Assembly (NCBI GenBank): GCA_951406725.2
Contig: OX597823.1
Span: forward strand, 48,546,001 to 48,610,000
Direction: 5' to 3'
DNA length: 64,000 bases
DNA from: Octopus vulgaris
Lineage: Eukaryota
Shown: positions 1 through 14,729 of the stretch, piece by piece
How positions within the stretch are numbered: the stretch's first letter is position 1
How the letters are laid out: every line of letters begins with the position of its first letter
Notes under the pieces: generated by a model
What the model was told of the DNA's origin: nothing
Databases searched by the model: none
The model's input: only the letters and a program-made list of their open reading frames with translations
Position numbers and translations under genes: made by a program

Positions 1-1095
1 ATCCTACTACTTCTATAAGCTATAACACAGTCATTCGAATTACAAGGTTTGGGATATTGGTTTTGGAGAAAGGTTTTAAGGGTATTTGGATTCTTTATAC
101 CCTTAACTAGAGAGATGCTCCCATTAATACTGCTAGGGATTATTGTTCCCACATTTGGCTGACTACAATTCCTGCTCAATCTCAATGCATGCTTGACCTT
201 GTGATTAAAAGCATTGTAGCCAGATGATTGTTATTGTCACTTTGTCATACACTAGGGGATACAACCAACAATCCTTAGATGGAACAATGCGTTTGTCATT
301 AGAAATTTATTCAATTTTACCAGTGTATCTGACTTTAGTTTAAGTTGTATTGCAGTAATTGGTATTCAGAGCAAAAATATTTCCTCATTGGCAGAAAGTC
401 TAGATGTTCTAGATGTGATGCTCCTAATTATAGCAGCATCAACAATGATTTGAGTTTCTCTATCCCCATGAGTCCATAATTTATCGTCAGTTTTAATAAT
501 TGTTCTCTTAACTGCTAGAATCGACATCGTCTAGACAGATGGGAGTTGTTTACAGCAAAAATAAGGGCTTAATTAAGTGGAATAGGGGTTATAGATGAGA
601 AATAACAAAAACTATCAATCTGCATAAATTTAATATTTTCTTTATTTTTCCAAGCCTTTAAACTAGTTAATAACTTCAATGGTATTGGATTATAAACTAA
701 GTTGAATTTTGATTGAAAGTACTAGAAGTTAATAACTTGTCAAACCCAGAGCCACATGGCTGCAAAGTGAATTTATTAACCCTTTCGTTACTGTATTTAT
801 TTTGAGATGCTCTGTGTTTCTTTCAATTATTTTAGATATAACAAAGAATTTATCAAAATAACTTAGTTATTAACCATGCTCATTAGCGTCCAAACATTTA
901 TAAAAATGATGGAAACAACCACTGTAGCTTGAAAATTAATCTTATCTCCTACAGGATGGATACAAAGTAATCTGAAACTGTTTAGATGAACAAGTTTTTT
1001 TTTTCTCTAAACACTGAGTGAGAAGGGATATTGCCAAAGACTCTTACTGAGTAAGAAGGGGTATTGCCAAAGACTCTTACAAACCCTTCAAATCT

Positions 1096-1321
1096 AACCC
1101 TTTTGTTACTGTATTTATTTTGAGATGCTCTGTGTTTCTTTCAATTATTTTAGATATAACAAAGAATTTATCAAAATAACTTAGTTATCATTCAGCTAGT
1201 GTTAGGAACATAAATTGGGACTAAGATTTGGTGGAAGATTTTAATTCAAAACTTACAAAAATAAGACATTTGTACTCAGATCCAGAGCCGGTTTCAGGCA
1301 GATTAGTAATGAAAGAGTTAA
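1096..1321. mobile_element. piggyBac-like MITE (partial second copy at 776-870)
   Basis: Ends TAACCCTTTTGTTACT ... AGTAATGAAAGAGTTAA form imperfect TIRs with TTAA-type flanks. The 5' ~95 bp is repeated at 776-870 after TTAA. Confidence 0.6.
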
Positions 1322-1596
1322 TCACCTAACTATCCACAAACTCAATCAAGGAATATTGGATTATGGAAACATATTCTGCATTCCAAGATGAAGAGAGATT
1401 TCTTAACCATGCTCATTAGAGTCCAAACATTTATAAAAATGATGGAAACAACCACTGTAGCTTGAAAATGAATCTCATTCCCTACAGAATGGATACAAAG
1501 TAATCCGAAACTATTTAGATGAACAAGTTTTTTTTTCTCTAAACACTGAGTGAGAAAGGGTTTGCCAAAGACTCTTACAGACCCTTCAAATCTAGC

Positions 1597-3190
1597 AAGG
1601 TTGATGCCATTAATGTTCCATTTAAACTCTTGCAGATCAACATCTGCGGGAAAGACATGAGCAGGGTGATTACAAAAGCCAATGTCCTAAAGGGAACAGA
1701 CTCTGGATATAGGGGTTAGTTCTGGACTGGAGGGGTTGGATGATGCAACAAAGATGATGGGAAGAGGAGAAATGAATGGGCTGGGGTGCCTGAGTGGAGG
1801 GGATATGAGACCAAAAGGTTCTGAGTAGTAGAAGCCATTATAGGAGCAATAGGAAAGATAGCTAGATATAGACCAAGAGATAAACAGAGAGACAGAGAGG
1901 ACACACTATGCCTCCAGAGGTTGGAGTATGTCTGTTAGTGACTAAATGCCAGTCAGCTGAGCACCCCTTCACCAGATGAGGTCCAGAAGATGTGTGCATG
2001 TGTGCAGCAGCAGTACCCTCCCAGACATGAGTTCAGTATCCCTTCTTCGCCTCATTTGAGCTTTCTAGAGTGTCAACAGCTATTAAGGGCAGAAATATTT
2101 TCTGGCCCTGAAAAGAAGGGCTTGTTTTTGAGATACAATCCTAGTTATGCTACAGAAGCACTTTGCAAAGAGCGATCCTCAGTGATTATGAAACCAGCAT
2201 TTGGAGTGAGTGTAAGGACTCTGAGTGCTGCACATGTTTACACAAGGTGTAGTGTGATGATGTTTCTTCAATAAGAGAAGTACTTTAGTTTTCTTTTTCT
2301 GTTAAAAGAGCTAAAGTAGGAATGGCCTCAGTGAGAATGCCCTCAAAGTTACTGTTTATGGAATCAATACAGGCTTGGCATATAGTGTGTGGATGACATA
2401 GGGTAAGTTAAGGAGGAATGAAGGATCAAGTTCACTGTATAAGAGTGGGTGTTGCTGCATGTGGCAGCAAGTAAGGTCATTGATAATAGTGGGTAGGATA
2501 ACACCAAAGAAGAAAGTGGTGGTATAAAACCCAAACTTTGTGTAGTTCCAGAGTTGACTGAATGTGGAGCAGAAAGAACTCCATCAATATATACCACAAA
2601 GGTATGACTTAATTGGAAGTTATAGCTCCAAGAGATCAGAAATGAGTGGAGCTCATAGGTGGGAAGTTTGAAAAGAAATCTGCATGCCAGACATGGTCAT
2701 AGGCTTTGTTGCTGTCTAGAACAACAATATTGCTACCACTGAAATTCTGTTCAGCAAGAGCCAAATGATGAGTGACCTAAGAGAGTATGTTTATGGTGAA
2801 CCTGGCCATGCAGAAGCCATACTGGTGTGTGTGTTTGTGTGTGTGTGTGCGTGTGTGTGTGTGTGTGTGTTTGTGCGCATGTGTGAGAGAGAGAAGGGAG
2901 AGGGAGAGAGACGGGAGAGGGAGAGAGAGAAGAGAGAGGGAGGGGGGAGAGAGAAGGTAGAGGGAAAGAGAGAGGAGAGAAAGGAGAGAGAGAAAGGAGA
3001 GGGAGCGAGAGAAGGGAGAGGGAGAGAGAAAGGAGAGGGAGAGAGAGAAGGGAGAGGGAGAGAGAGAAGGAAGAGGGAGAGAGAGAGATAGAGAGAGTTT
3101 CAAAGTGCTGGAGAATGTCAATATCTTGGAGATTTTAGAAGAAAAAGCAATAAGGAAGTTAAAGCCTAATGGAATCAAATTTAATAAAGT
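1597..3190 (-). mobile_element. Degraded non-LTR retrotransposon (CR1/L2-group) RT remnant, split by (GT)n/(GA)n expansion
   Basis: Minus-strand remnants HQYGF..., VVLDSNKAYDHVWH, VYIDGVLSAPHSVNSG, and C-terminal NHPAHVFPADVDLQEFK, with multiple stops and frameshifts. A microsatellite at 2826-3095 interrupts it just before QYGF. Confidence 0.75.
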
Positions 3191-3589
3191 CTTTGACAAA
3201 GTGGCAAGTGGAATATTTTCCCAAACTCTCTTCTAACATATTTCCAACCAAAAGTAATAAACATTCAGACATGAAACTTTATCAGCTGTACAATATTTGT
3301 TTGCCTCTATCTGAATCCAGTATTGACAGATACAGAATCTGTAAACAGATACACTAAGGTTCAACAATCTTTGTACTATGAAAAATGAAAGGCATACAAG
3401 TTATAAGTATTACTCATAACTTGTATAGGTGCAGGTGTGGCTGTGTGGTAAGCAGCTTGCTTCCTAAACCATATGGTTCCAGGTTCGGTCCCACTGCATG
3501 GTACTTTGGGCAAGTGTTTTCTACTATAGTCTTGGGCTTACCGACTCCTTGTGAGTAGATATGGTAAATGGAAGCTGAAAGAAACCCAT

Positions 3590-3641
<52 letters not shown>

Positions 3642-5675
3642 TATATACATATATCTTTGTATGTGTCTTTGTGTCTGTGTTTCTTCCCTGCCATCACTTA
3701 ACAACAAATGTTGGTGTTCACGTCTTCATAACTTAGCATTTCACAAAAGACCAATAGAATAAAGACCAATAGAATAAAAAAAAAATAAGTACTGGGGTGA
3801 ATTCATTTGACTAAAAAGTCTTCAAGGCAGTGCCCCAGCATGGCCACAGACTAATGACTGAAACAAGTAAAAGATAAAAGACTACTGCAACTCAGAAACT
3901 GGTGGCCAACTGGGATTGATTTTGTTAAGAGTTAGCAGCTGTTTAGAGCTAAAGCATATTTAGGTAGTGAAGTAGGAAACTAACTATTTAAAAAATATTT
4001 TGACTGACTAAAATATGAGGGCTTGGTAACATACATGCAGGGTGAGAAATAATTTTAGGGGGCTGTGTATAATTCATCAGTATAGATATGGTAGTTTAGA
4101 ATCTTCTTAAAATGTCTCAGAGTAGAAATTTAAAGCAGAAAGAACAAAGCGGTTATTTCAATCAATACTTCAGAAACAAAGATGGAGAATTAAAATCACT
4201 TAAAAAATGTTTATAAATCTAATACAATACAAATTCAAAACTCTGTTATTATCATTTGTTTTAAGTTTAAAGAAAACTTGATAAATGTCATTAAATCCTA
4301 TAAACTGTCTATATTTACAAATTTAAAGTAATTTAGACATTGTGCAAAAGTACTATCTAGATTTATATTGTGTTCAGTGTTATTTGAAACAAGAGAAAAT
4401 AATTAGCTTTAAGAGCTTAAAATTTAAAATCTAAGTTTTTATTTTAACAATATTGTTTTATCAAAAACCAGCTTTTCTTCTTAATAGGCTAACAAATGTA
4501 AAATAATGAACATAATTATCACAGCAGAGGAATATAGAATTCCTTTCATTAACTATATAATTCTAACAAGTTTTGTTAGAAATAAACTCAAAATGGCTTT
4601 AAAGAATATTTCCTAAAGTAAAACCCATTTTTCCAAGTGAAACTAGGCAGGATTTGTTTGTGAATGATATTTTATTTTTTACACTGTTAGATTTGGATAA
4701 AGAAGTAAGAAGCAGCTGCTTTCAACCTTCACTCTCCATACAATATAATAGCTGTAATAGAAACAGAACTACTATATTTCTTAACCATAGCATCAACAAG
4801 AAATGAATAAATTTTGTGCTTTATTAACAGTATTGAAAAACAAAAAAACAAAAATCATCATTACACTAAATGAAATGGGAAACATTTTTTTTTTTAAACT
4901 TTACTTCTTCCTTCATTTAGGATGACATTATAGGAATACTAATAATTGTATTTTCAACTTCACAGATACACTTTTAACACCAATATGAAAAAAAATATTT
5001 TTATTCTATATCTACAGGATAACAAATGAATATATACAGGATATTGTTTTGTTTAATGCAGTTGATATTCTAATGGAAATTCATTGCAGAAAGAAATGCT
5101 CGGAGAAGCATGAACGAAAATATTATCATATAAATAAATATAAAGTTTAGGTAAGGTGGGGAAATATAAACAGAATATCTATGCCTATGTTCATGTGTGT
5201 ACGTGAATGTGTGTGTGTGTGAGTGAGAGAGAGAGAGAGAGAGATCAGCAAGAAAGGATGTTAATTCACAGAAGTTTCTTAACAAAGTAGATACAAAATA
5301 AGTATACAAAACTAAATAAAGAAATCCTTTATGTTAAGCTACAGCAGGAGAATCAGTGCGAGTATGTATTTTAGCATTTTTTTTTCTCACTCTCATGCAA
5401 TAACTAACTTTTCACTTTGTCAGTGAATTGATTTCTTTTAAAAACAAAAACAAAGACAGGTAAACAAGAAAAAGAAAAAAAAAAGGTTTCTGTCATTTGT
5501 TTCTTTTATCTTTTCCTACAAAGCATTAATGAATTTTATATTACATGAGAAAGGGAAAGGTAAAAAAAAAAAATAAACTTGACATCACTTCTTGAGCAAC
5601 GTTTCTTTTTTTTTTTGTTAAAGAAGAGAAATATGTTGTATCTTCTTCTTCTTCATGTTTTACTTGTCCTTTTTC

Positions 5676-5720
<45 letters not shown>

Positions 5721-5847
5721 CATCATTGTCATCATCAGCATTATTATTAGTATTATTATTATTATTTGTAGAGTCATTCAAATCAGTTGTAATATCAAAT
5801 GTGTTCATTGCTAACTTTTTCCCATACTTATATTAGATAGTCTTCTC

Positions 5848-5883
<36 letters not shown>

Positions 5884-6593
5884 TGGTATTGTTGTTGTTC
5901 TGTTTTCACCATTGTGTAATATGTGTAAAAGTAATTTTTCATTCTTTTTTATTTTTAAATTCCTTTTTCTTTGTTTTTTTTTTTGTTTTTGTTTTTTTGT
6001 TTCATGAAGTAGCTAAAAATAATAAAAAAAACCATTGTATGTAGATTGTAGTTCCTTAATTCCACAAAATTGTTTACAGAATAACATTTGCCTTTTCACA
6101 ACAACTGGAATTTCATAATGCAAAAATTTCTGTAAGTTTGAAGAATATATCGATTGGCAGACTATTGCTGCCAAGGCATTTTATTAGCAATAAATACCAA
6201 ATGTCAGAGGTAGTTAGTTAACAATTGCAAATGTTACAAATAGTGGATAATAAATTAAATATTAAAAAGTTGTAATATACATGAAGCAATTCAAATGAAT
6301 AAGAACTTCACAAAACATAGCTTTTGTAAAAAAAAAACTTAGGATGTTGAGATATCAAACTGCAGCAATGAAGGCGACCCCTGAAGAATGTCTTTCATAT
6401 AGTTTTAAAATTTTAATTCCAAACGCTACATTTTATATGATGTAGTACTACCCAACCTGTTGTGCCGCTAGTTTTACTGATTGAAACAAACAGAGTGATA
6501 AAAATTTTTCATCACCACAAGCGCCTGACTATAGCAAGGTTGGAGAAGAATCCAAGAATATTTCTAAGTTTATTATAAATATATGTAAATAAA

Positions 6594-6643
<50 letters not shown>

Positions 6644-8144
6644 CACACATATCTAATATGTCTATGTATGCATATGTGTGTATGTATAAGTGTGTGCCTG
6701 ATTTTAAAAATTATATATATATATATATATATATATCCATGCTAGCATGGAAAGCAGACGTTAAACGATAATGATGATGATGATGATGATGATGATGATA
6801 TAAATACATATATACACCAATCTAGATGAATAACATTTAATAATACATACTGTGTATATTGATATTTATCAATCAATAATATACATTTATATCAATGAAA
6901 TATTGTATCCCTTTTTAATGTGCATGTGTATATGTGTAAGTTTCACTTGCATTCATGTATGTATGCATGGAAGGATGTGTAAATGTATGTCTATTGAAGC
7001 AATTTATTCAAAACAATTATTGTAAAATTTAATCCTATTAATATTCTATTAAAACTGTGTGTGTATGTGTATGAAGTTGCTCGGCTCACAATCATGAGGT
7101 AGTGAGTTCGATTCCTGGACCGGGAATGTGTTGTTGTCTTGAGCAAGACACTTTATTTCACGTTGCTCCAGTTTACTCAGCTGTAGAAATGAGGTGTGAC
7201 ATCACTGGTGCCAAGCTGTATTGGCCTTTGCCTCTCCTTTGGATAACATCGGAGGCATGGAGAGAGGAGGCTGGTTCGCTTGGGTGACAGCTGATCTTCC
7301 ATAAATAACCTTGTCCGGGCTTGTGCCTCAGAGGGGAACTTTCTAAGTGCAATATGATCGTTCATGACCAAAGAGGGTCTTTACACACACATACACACAC
7401 ACATATATATGATGGGTGTATGGTAAGAAGTTTGTTTTCCAACCATAGGGTTCTGGGTTCAGTACCACTGTGCATTTTGGGTAAGTGGCAAAATGTCATT
7501 GTGTGACAGTTGCAAATTAATTGTTGTTGTATTAGCAGTGTCATTTATTGCCGATAGTCTGCAAGAATACGTTTGGCTTAGCTAAAATATTACCTTGCCT
7601 GGAAACGGATGAATATTGGCAACAGGAAGTGCATCAGGCCATAGAATATGTACCTGAATATAATTTGGCCAACCCATGCAAGCATGGAAAACAGATGATG
7701 ATGATAATGATGGTGATGATGGTGATGATTCACATATGCTGGACAACTGATCTCTACAACAGTGAATGACTTTTACACCACCACCACTCCCATCTTCCAT
7801 ACATTATCTGATCTGTTGTGCTTACACATTGGTGTTTTTAAGCGAATATTCCACCAGTATGTTTTGCTTTTGAAAGTGTAGAAACTTTCTCATTCAGATG
7901 TGACTTTGGTATGGCCATCAAGACAATCCTTCAGGCATATAACACTACAGATTATTTTAGTAGGAATGTCATGTCTCATGAAAAGGTAGCATCTTGTAGA
8001 CATTTTTGAACAACTAATGATGATACAAATAACATCTTCCACATTCATATGGTAGAATTAGCATTTTCTATCACAGGATAGAGGTTTAGAAACATCACAA
8101 TCTGTTTTGTTGAGGAGGTATTTAGTAGCTACCTCCTATAGTGT

Positions 8145-8490
8145 AGTCACATGGCTTAGTGGTTAGAGCTTCAGGCTCACAACCATGACATAATGAGTTT
8201 GATTCCTGGACCGGGACCGGGCTGTGTGCTGTGGTCTTGAGCAAGGCACTTTATTTCACATTGTTCCAGTTCACTCAGCTGTAGAAATGAATTGTGACAT
8301 CACTGGTGCCAAGTTGTATTGGCCTTTATCTTTCCCTTGAATAACATAGGCAGTGTGGAGAGGGGAGGCTGGTATTCATGCGTAACTGCTGGTCTTCCAT
8401 AAACAAACTTGCTCAGACTTGTGCCTCAGAGGGGAATTTTCTAGGTGCAATCCCATGGTCATTCATGACTGAAGTAGGTTTTTACTCTTT
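8145..8490 (+). mobile_element. tRNA-derived SINE family C
   Basis: Head tggcttagtggttaga...gagtttgattcctgg, then cttgagcaaggcactttatttcacattgttccagttcactcagctg. Related copies lie at about 7073-7380+, 20430-20765-, 39885-40150-, 50885-51185+ and 59752-59995-. Confidence 0.8.
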
Positions 8491-8906
8491 TGCCCTGTTC
8501 TTCAATAACAAATGCATAGCCTCCTAGATGAGATGTGCTGTACTTATTGCAAGACCAGGCTGTTATTTATGTCTATGTTGTGGGTATTACCTAGCTTGCA
8601 GGATACATATCCATGCATAATTTTCTGCTAATATAAGCATATCTCTTCCAAGTCTCTGTTTAAGAAGCCTGGTCCATCTATTCTTGATTCACATGGAGCA
8701 GCTGTGAATTCAGAGTATATCTTCAGGAGCTCTTTACCTAATCTCGTAATGTTATCACCTTCAAAGTTCAGTATACATGTCATGCATTTATTTCTCTTTT
8801 TCTTTGTATGTGTTTGCAAATATTTGTGTGTATGTATGTATGTATGTATGTATGTATGTACGCATGAATGTATGTACATACATCTACCATACAGCCCACA
8901 ACAACA

Positions 8907-8954
<48 letters not shown>

Positions 8955-8979
8955 GTTTATATATATACATATATATATG

Positions 8980-9026
<47 letters not shown>

Positions 9027-9288
9027 ATAGATAGACAGATAAATAGATATAGATATAGATATATATATATATACACACACACACACAAACACTCATATTA
9101 TGAATATAATATATATATTATATACACATTATATACATATATCTAGATACATATAGTGTATACAGTTATGCATTTATATCAAAAAGGCATATTTATATAT
9201 ACATATAACACACACACACGATATATGTGCGTGTACACACACAAACATTTTATATATATATATATAACTGAATAAATACAAATATAGT

Positions 9289-9319
<31 letters not shown>

Positions 9320-10188
9320 GTATGTATATATATAACTGAATAAATACAAATATAGTTTTATATATATATATATATATATATCAATATACACAAAGATATG
9401 AATGAATATATATGCCTATATATAAATCTATGTATTTAAATTTATCCATATGTATATGTGGGTGCATGAGTAATGCTTGTGAATAAAATATTTAATAAAT
9501 ATCTGTTGATGAATGTGGTAGGGGGTAGTTTATTTGATGATCTACTTCCCTTCTTTTATCCTAAAATCCTTTATTAATTTAACTTACTGCAACAATTTTA
9601 CAGTATTATATTTCCAGGTATGAATCAGACATAAACGTTTTTGTTGTATAAGCAATACAGAGTCTGTAGTGTAGATTAAAAATAAAAGCGAAGAAAGAAA
9701 CAGAAATATAACAAAAACTGAATATTTTCTAAAGAGTGAACAAATCAATAGTTTCAATATAACTCGAGTTATTTCCCTTATATACTTTCCTTTATGTAGC
9801 ATTCATTGCTTCTATATTGAATTGGAATTAAGCTGCATACTAAACAATTATAGTTGAAATTCTTGAAATGTAAATTACAAAGTTCCAGAACCAAAGCAGG
9901 AATTGTACTGAGACATCATGTAGAATAGTTAACATTACATATATTATTAACATAATATTACACATAGCATTAGATTTATCTTTTCCTTTACTTGTTTCAG
10001 TCATTAAACTGTGGCCATGCTGGGGCACCACCTTGAAGAATTACTAGTTGAATGAATTGACTCCAGTACTCATTTTTTAAGTCTAGTACTCACTCTATCA
10101 GCCTCTTATGCTGAACTGCTAAGTTAGAGGGATGTAAACACACCAACACCAGTTGTCTGGTAGTGGTGGGGGTCAAACACAGACACAC

Positions 10189-10226
<38 letters not shown>

Positions 10227-10488
10227 TACATACATATATATACCACATGCTTCTTTCAGTTTCTGCCTACCAAATCCGCTCACAAGGCTTTCTTTGTCAA
10301 TATATGTGTCTGTGTTCATCTATATGTGTGCATGCATCTTAGTATTCACAAATACTAAGATAAACATACACACACATATATATGTATATACATGTACATG
10401 TATGTGAGTATATGTGTGTGTTTGTGTGTGTGTATACATATATATATATGTATATGTGTGTGTGTATGTGTGTGTGTATATAAATATA

Positions 10489-10540
<52 letters not shown>

Positions 10541-10679
10541 AATATATATATGTATATACATATATATGTACATACATATAAATAAGTATATACATATACA
10601 TACATATATATATACACACACATACATACATACATACATACATACATACATACACACATACATACATATAAACTTAGAT

Positions 10680-11385
10680 ATGTTTCGACCAAAGATTGGT
10701 CCAGGTCATGACTAACTTAATAGCACCACCTGATAGGATTGTCTAAATCCTTTTTAGGTCAAGTTTTGTGGTATCATGGTCCATTCAAGTAGTGAGTTCT
10801 TGTTGAGTGAGTTGTATCCAGGTATAGGTTGCTTATCTAGTATTCCTTGAAGAAATTTGTCCAGACTCCCTTTAAAAGTTAAAGGATCCTTTTCCTCTCT
10901 GATCAGTTTTGGGACAATATTAAACTGGGCAGGGGCTGTTGAGAAAAAGAAATTGTGTCGCAGTGTACCTATATGTTGTGATCCTGAATTGGGCAGGGGA
11001 CATATGGCCCATGGTCCCAGCCTTGGATGCACCTTCAGGTCATTTGGGCAATCCTGGCGGTATATTCTCTACACCATGCAAATTATGTACTGATCGCAGC
11101 GGTGCTGCAGAGATTAGAGTTTCAAGGTTTTAAGATGGTTCCAGTAATCAAGATCAGTCATGCCCTTAATTCGTTTAGTGAATGCCCTCTGGAGTGATTC
11201 AATTTTCGGGATGTTTTGTTTGGTATGGGGAGACCACAGGGGGCAGCAGCATTGAAGGTGTGGCCGTACAAAGGAGGAGAAAAGTGGAATGATGACACCT
11301 TGTTCTCTGGACCAGAATGTTCTTAAAATCCAGGAGCTCATTCTATGAGCTATATCGACCTTATTGTTGAAGTTGGCACTCCAAG
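10680..11385 (-). mobile_element. CR1-clade LINE 3' fragment
   Basis: Peptides WILRTF...LFSSFVRPHLQCCCPLWSPHTKQNIPKIESLQRAFTKRIKGM..LDYWNHLKTLKL and FNIVPKLIRE...FKGSLDKFLQ match the CR1 ORF2 C-terminus. Confidence 0.85.
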
Positions 11386-11785
11386 GCATTATTTCAGTTG
11401 GAGACTTCCTTATGAATATTTCGTTAGAGGAGGGAAGATTAGATATCCTACCTCCAATGTTTGCTTTTCTAGATTTTCTAAGGCAGATGCCATTTCTTGT
11501 GTCAGCCTCACATGATTCCAAGTAAATTAGTATTTCCGTATAGCTGGACATGTTTTCCTGGGAGACTGGAAACAAATGACACAACATTTGTCTAACAGCC
11601 TGATGCCCTTTGTAACATTAATCTTTATCTGTTTTTCAAAGAAAGGAGCTCTCACTGCACGTGACTTCTAAGATTCAAAGCAAGCAGGTGAGTCATTGTT
11701 TACATCTGCTGTATAAATGAGTGGTGAATGTAAACAATCATACAGGCACAACATACACACACACATATATATTATATGTGCACAT

Positions 11786-11786
11786 A

Positions 11787-11829
<43 letters not shown>

Positions 11830-12900
11830 TTCTCATTGTGCCTTGTGACACTTGAAGCGACAACAAGATCATTGCACCTTCTAACATTGAAAGCATCCTT
11901 TACAGCTTGTTCCATTGTTAACCCTCTACTTTTAAGATCTTTTATAATTGTTCTCTGCCACATTTCCTTTGGTCGGCCATGTCTTCTTTTAACTTGTGGA
12001 ACCCATTGCAAAGCAATCCTGACAATTGAGTTCGGTTTATAGTGACAAACTTAACCCAGCCATTTCCATCTCCTTGCTTCAATAGTTTCTCTTTTTTGTT
12101 TCACCATTAGCCTTAATGTGTAATTGGCTAGTCGATGTCGTATTCAGCCAGTAGAACTTCAAAATTTTTCATAAACATTTATTTTGAAACACCTCCAATT
12201 TCTTTAAAATACTTTACATTATTTTCCAGCGCTTCCTAATGCCAACCACTCCGAGAGTGTAGTGGGTGCTTTTACGTGCCACCGGCACGAGGGCTAGTCA
12301 TTGCCAGTACCGCCAGACTGGCCCTCGTGCCAGTAGCATGTAAAAGCACCCACTACACTCTCGGAGTGGTTAGTGTTAGGAAGGGCATCCAGCTGTAGAA
12401 ACTCTGCCAGATCAGATTGGAGCCTGGTGCAGTCATCTGGTTCGCCAGTCCTCAGTCAAATCGTCCAACCCATGCTAGCATGGAAAGTGGACATTAAATG
12501 ATGATGATGATGATGATTCAGATCCATTGAAGAGGATGGTAAGTATGTTGCTTTTGTAAAATCCTATTTTGCTAAGTACTGATGATTTCCATATTAAGTT
12601 TTACCGAATGATTGGATGGCTTTGCTGATTCTTGTATTTATTTCAAGAATGCAGTTTCCATCCATTGTTATTTTGGTGCCTAGCTAGTTAAACTTATCAA
12701 CATTTCTGATTCGTTTGCCATTCAAAATCACATGGTCAGCATCTGTTATATTTTTATAAAGAGTGTATGTTTTCTTCTCATTGATTTTGAGACCTATGGT
12801 GTTGGCTATTTGACTAAGTCTTTCAGATTTGTCTTGTAAATCTTGAGGTGTGTATGAGAACAAACAAACGTCATCTGCATAATCTAAATGAATAGATTTG
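11786..12900 (-). mobile_element. RTE-clade LINE 3' fragment with (AAT)n tail, interrupted by insertion at ~12230-12516
   Basis: RT motif HLDYADDVCLFS...IGLKINEKKT and C-terminus QWVPQVKRRHGRPKEMWQRTI, then a stop, then an (ATT)n tract at 11786-11826. Confidence 0.85.
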
Positions 12901-12929
12901 GTAGATGGAAACAGAAAAAAAGAACGTGC

Positions 12930-12971
<42 letters not shown>

Positions 12972-13072
12972 GGATTAAATAAAAAGACAACAAATAGTCG
13001 TCGTCTCTTCATTTAATACTGAAAATATTATCTATGTAACGCAAGCTCTCATTCATTTTTTACCCATTTGTG

Positions 13073-13130
<58 letters not shown>

Positions 13131-14209
13131 GAGAGAGACCACACAGCCATTCTTGCAACTATATATATATTGGTCCAATACCCAACTATAGAAAAATGCA
13201 TAGAAGTTTCAACACATCATGTAAATAAATGTTAAGTAAATATTCATAACAAACGTATTGCAGATCAGCAAGGAAACTATGCTTTCACCCTTTTTAGGAT
13301 CATCAGAATCTAATTATATTTTAAAACTTCAGGATGCAGCATAGTTATTTCAAAAGAATATCAGATACATCCAATATGGTTTTAATAGATTCACATAAAT
13401 AACAGTTCACATTAAGAAAGATAGAATGAACAAATAAAGTCCTGAGGAAGAATATGTCAATATAAATAGCGAAAAAAGGACTAAAATCACATCATTTGAC
13501 AAAGTGTGGAAAATGAACTGAAGAATTACATGGTATGCAATTCAGCACTACAACAGATATATATGCACATACATAAGCATGTACACACACGTGCATACAA
13601 AAAAAATTAGTATGCAAATAAATAAATGAATGAATGAATAAGGGAATATATAAATAAATCAGTAAATATTTTTAAAAATCAAGCTTCCATAAATCAAAAT
13701 ATTAATATTATATACTTCACAATTATCAAACATTTCAAAAGTTAACACAATCAGATAACATCTCATATGCATGTGTGTGTGTGTGTGTGTGTGTGTGTAC
13801 ATTACATATAATATATATATACATATATATATTATATATATATATATATTGATAGATATACAAATGTATACAAAAACACACACACACACATATTATATGC
13901 ATATTCATAATTTTTTTAATTATATACATATATGTGTATGTATATATATACATATATATGTGTGCATACATAGACATATATAAATTTACACAAAACCATT
14001 CATATTACATTTCTTTGGGGAATGCGTATAGACTGGTCTGAAAACTTACCCACATACTCTTACACCTGATTATGCATATATCTTTACATATACACACCTA
14101 AACATAAATTAATTATTTAAACTCATACTAACAACTTTCTGCAAAAGCATTTTATCTTTGCATACCTTAACTTCATTCATTCATTCGTTCATACATACAT
14201 ACATACATA

Positions 14210-14240
<31 letters not shown>

Positions 14241-14729
14241 ATACATGTACATATATACATAATCATATTCATATGTATATATTTTTATATTCATATATTA
14301 CTACACATGCTCCTCTTTATATACGCACACACAAATATATGCCTGTACACACATACACACAGATATCTTTCATCTTTTATTTGTTTCAGTCATTAAACTG
14401 CAGCCAAGCTGCGGCACTGCCTTGAAGAACTTGTAGTTGAATGAATCAAACCTCAGTACTTATTTTTTTTATAGCTTGGTACTTATTCTATCAGTCTCTT
14501 TTTGCCAAACTGCTAAGTTACAAGGACATAAATCAACACTGGTCGTCAGTGGTAGTGGTGGTGGGGACAAATACAAACAAACATAAACACATAAACACAC
14601 ACACACACATATCATCATCACTGAACATCCATTGTCCATGCTGTCATCGGTTGGACAGTTTGACTAGGGCTGGTAAGCAGCAGGTCTGCACCAGACTCCA
14701 GTCTGATTTGGCATATGTTGCCTATGTCC

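Noticed and set aside
1-530. Minus-strand reading MSILAVKRTIIKTDDKLWTHGD... that might be a retroelement ORF1 remnant
   Set aside because: It has stops and frameshifts and no motif I can identify with confidence.
8590-8760. Exon-like segment on the - strand (GDNITRLGKELLKIYSEF...)
   Set aside because: All frames hit a stop before the donor, and it does not continue the PH domain.
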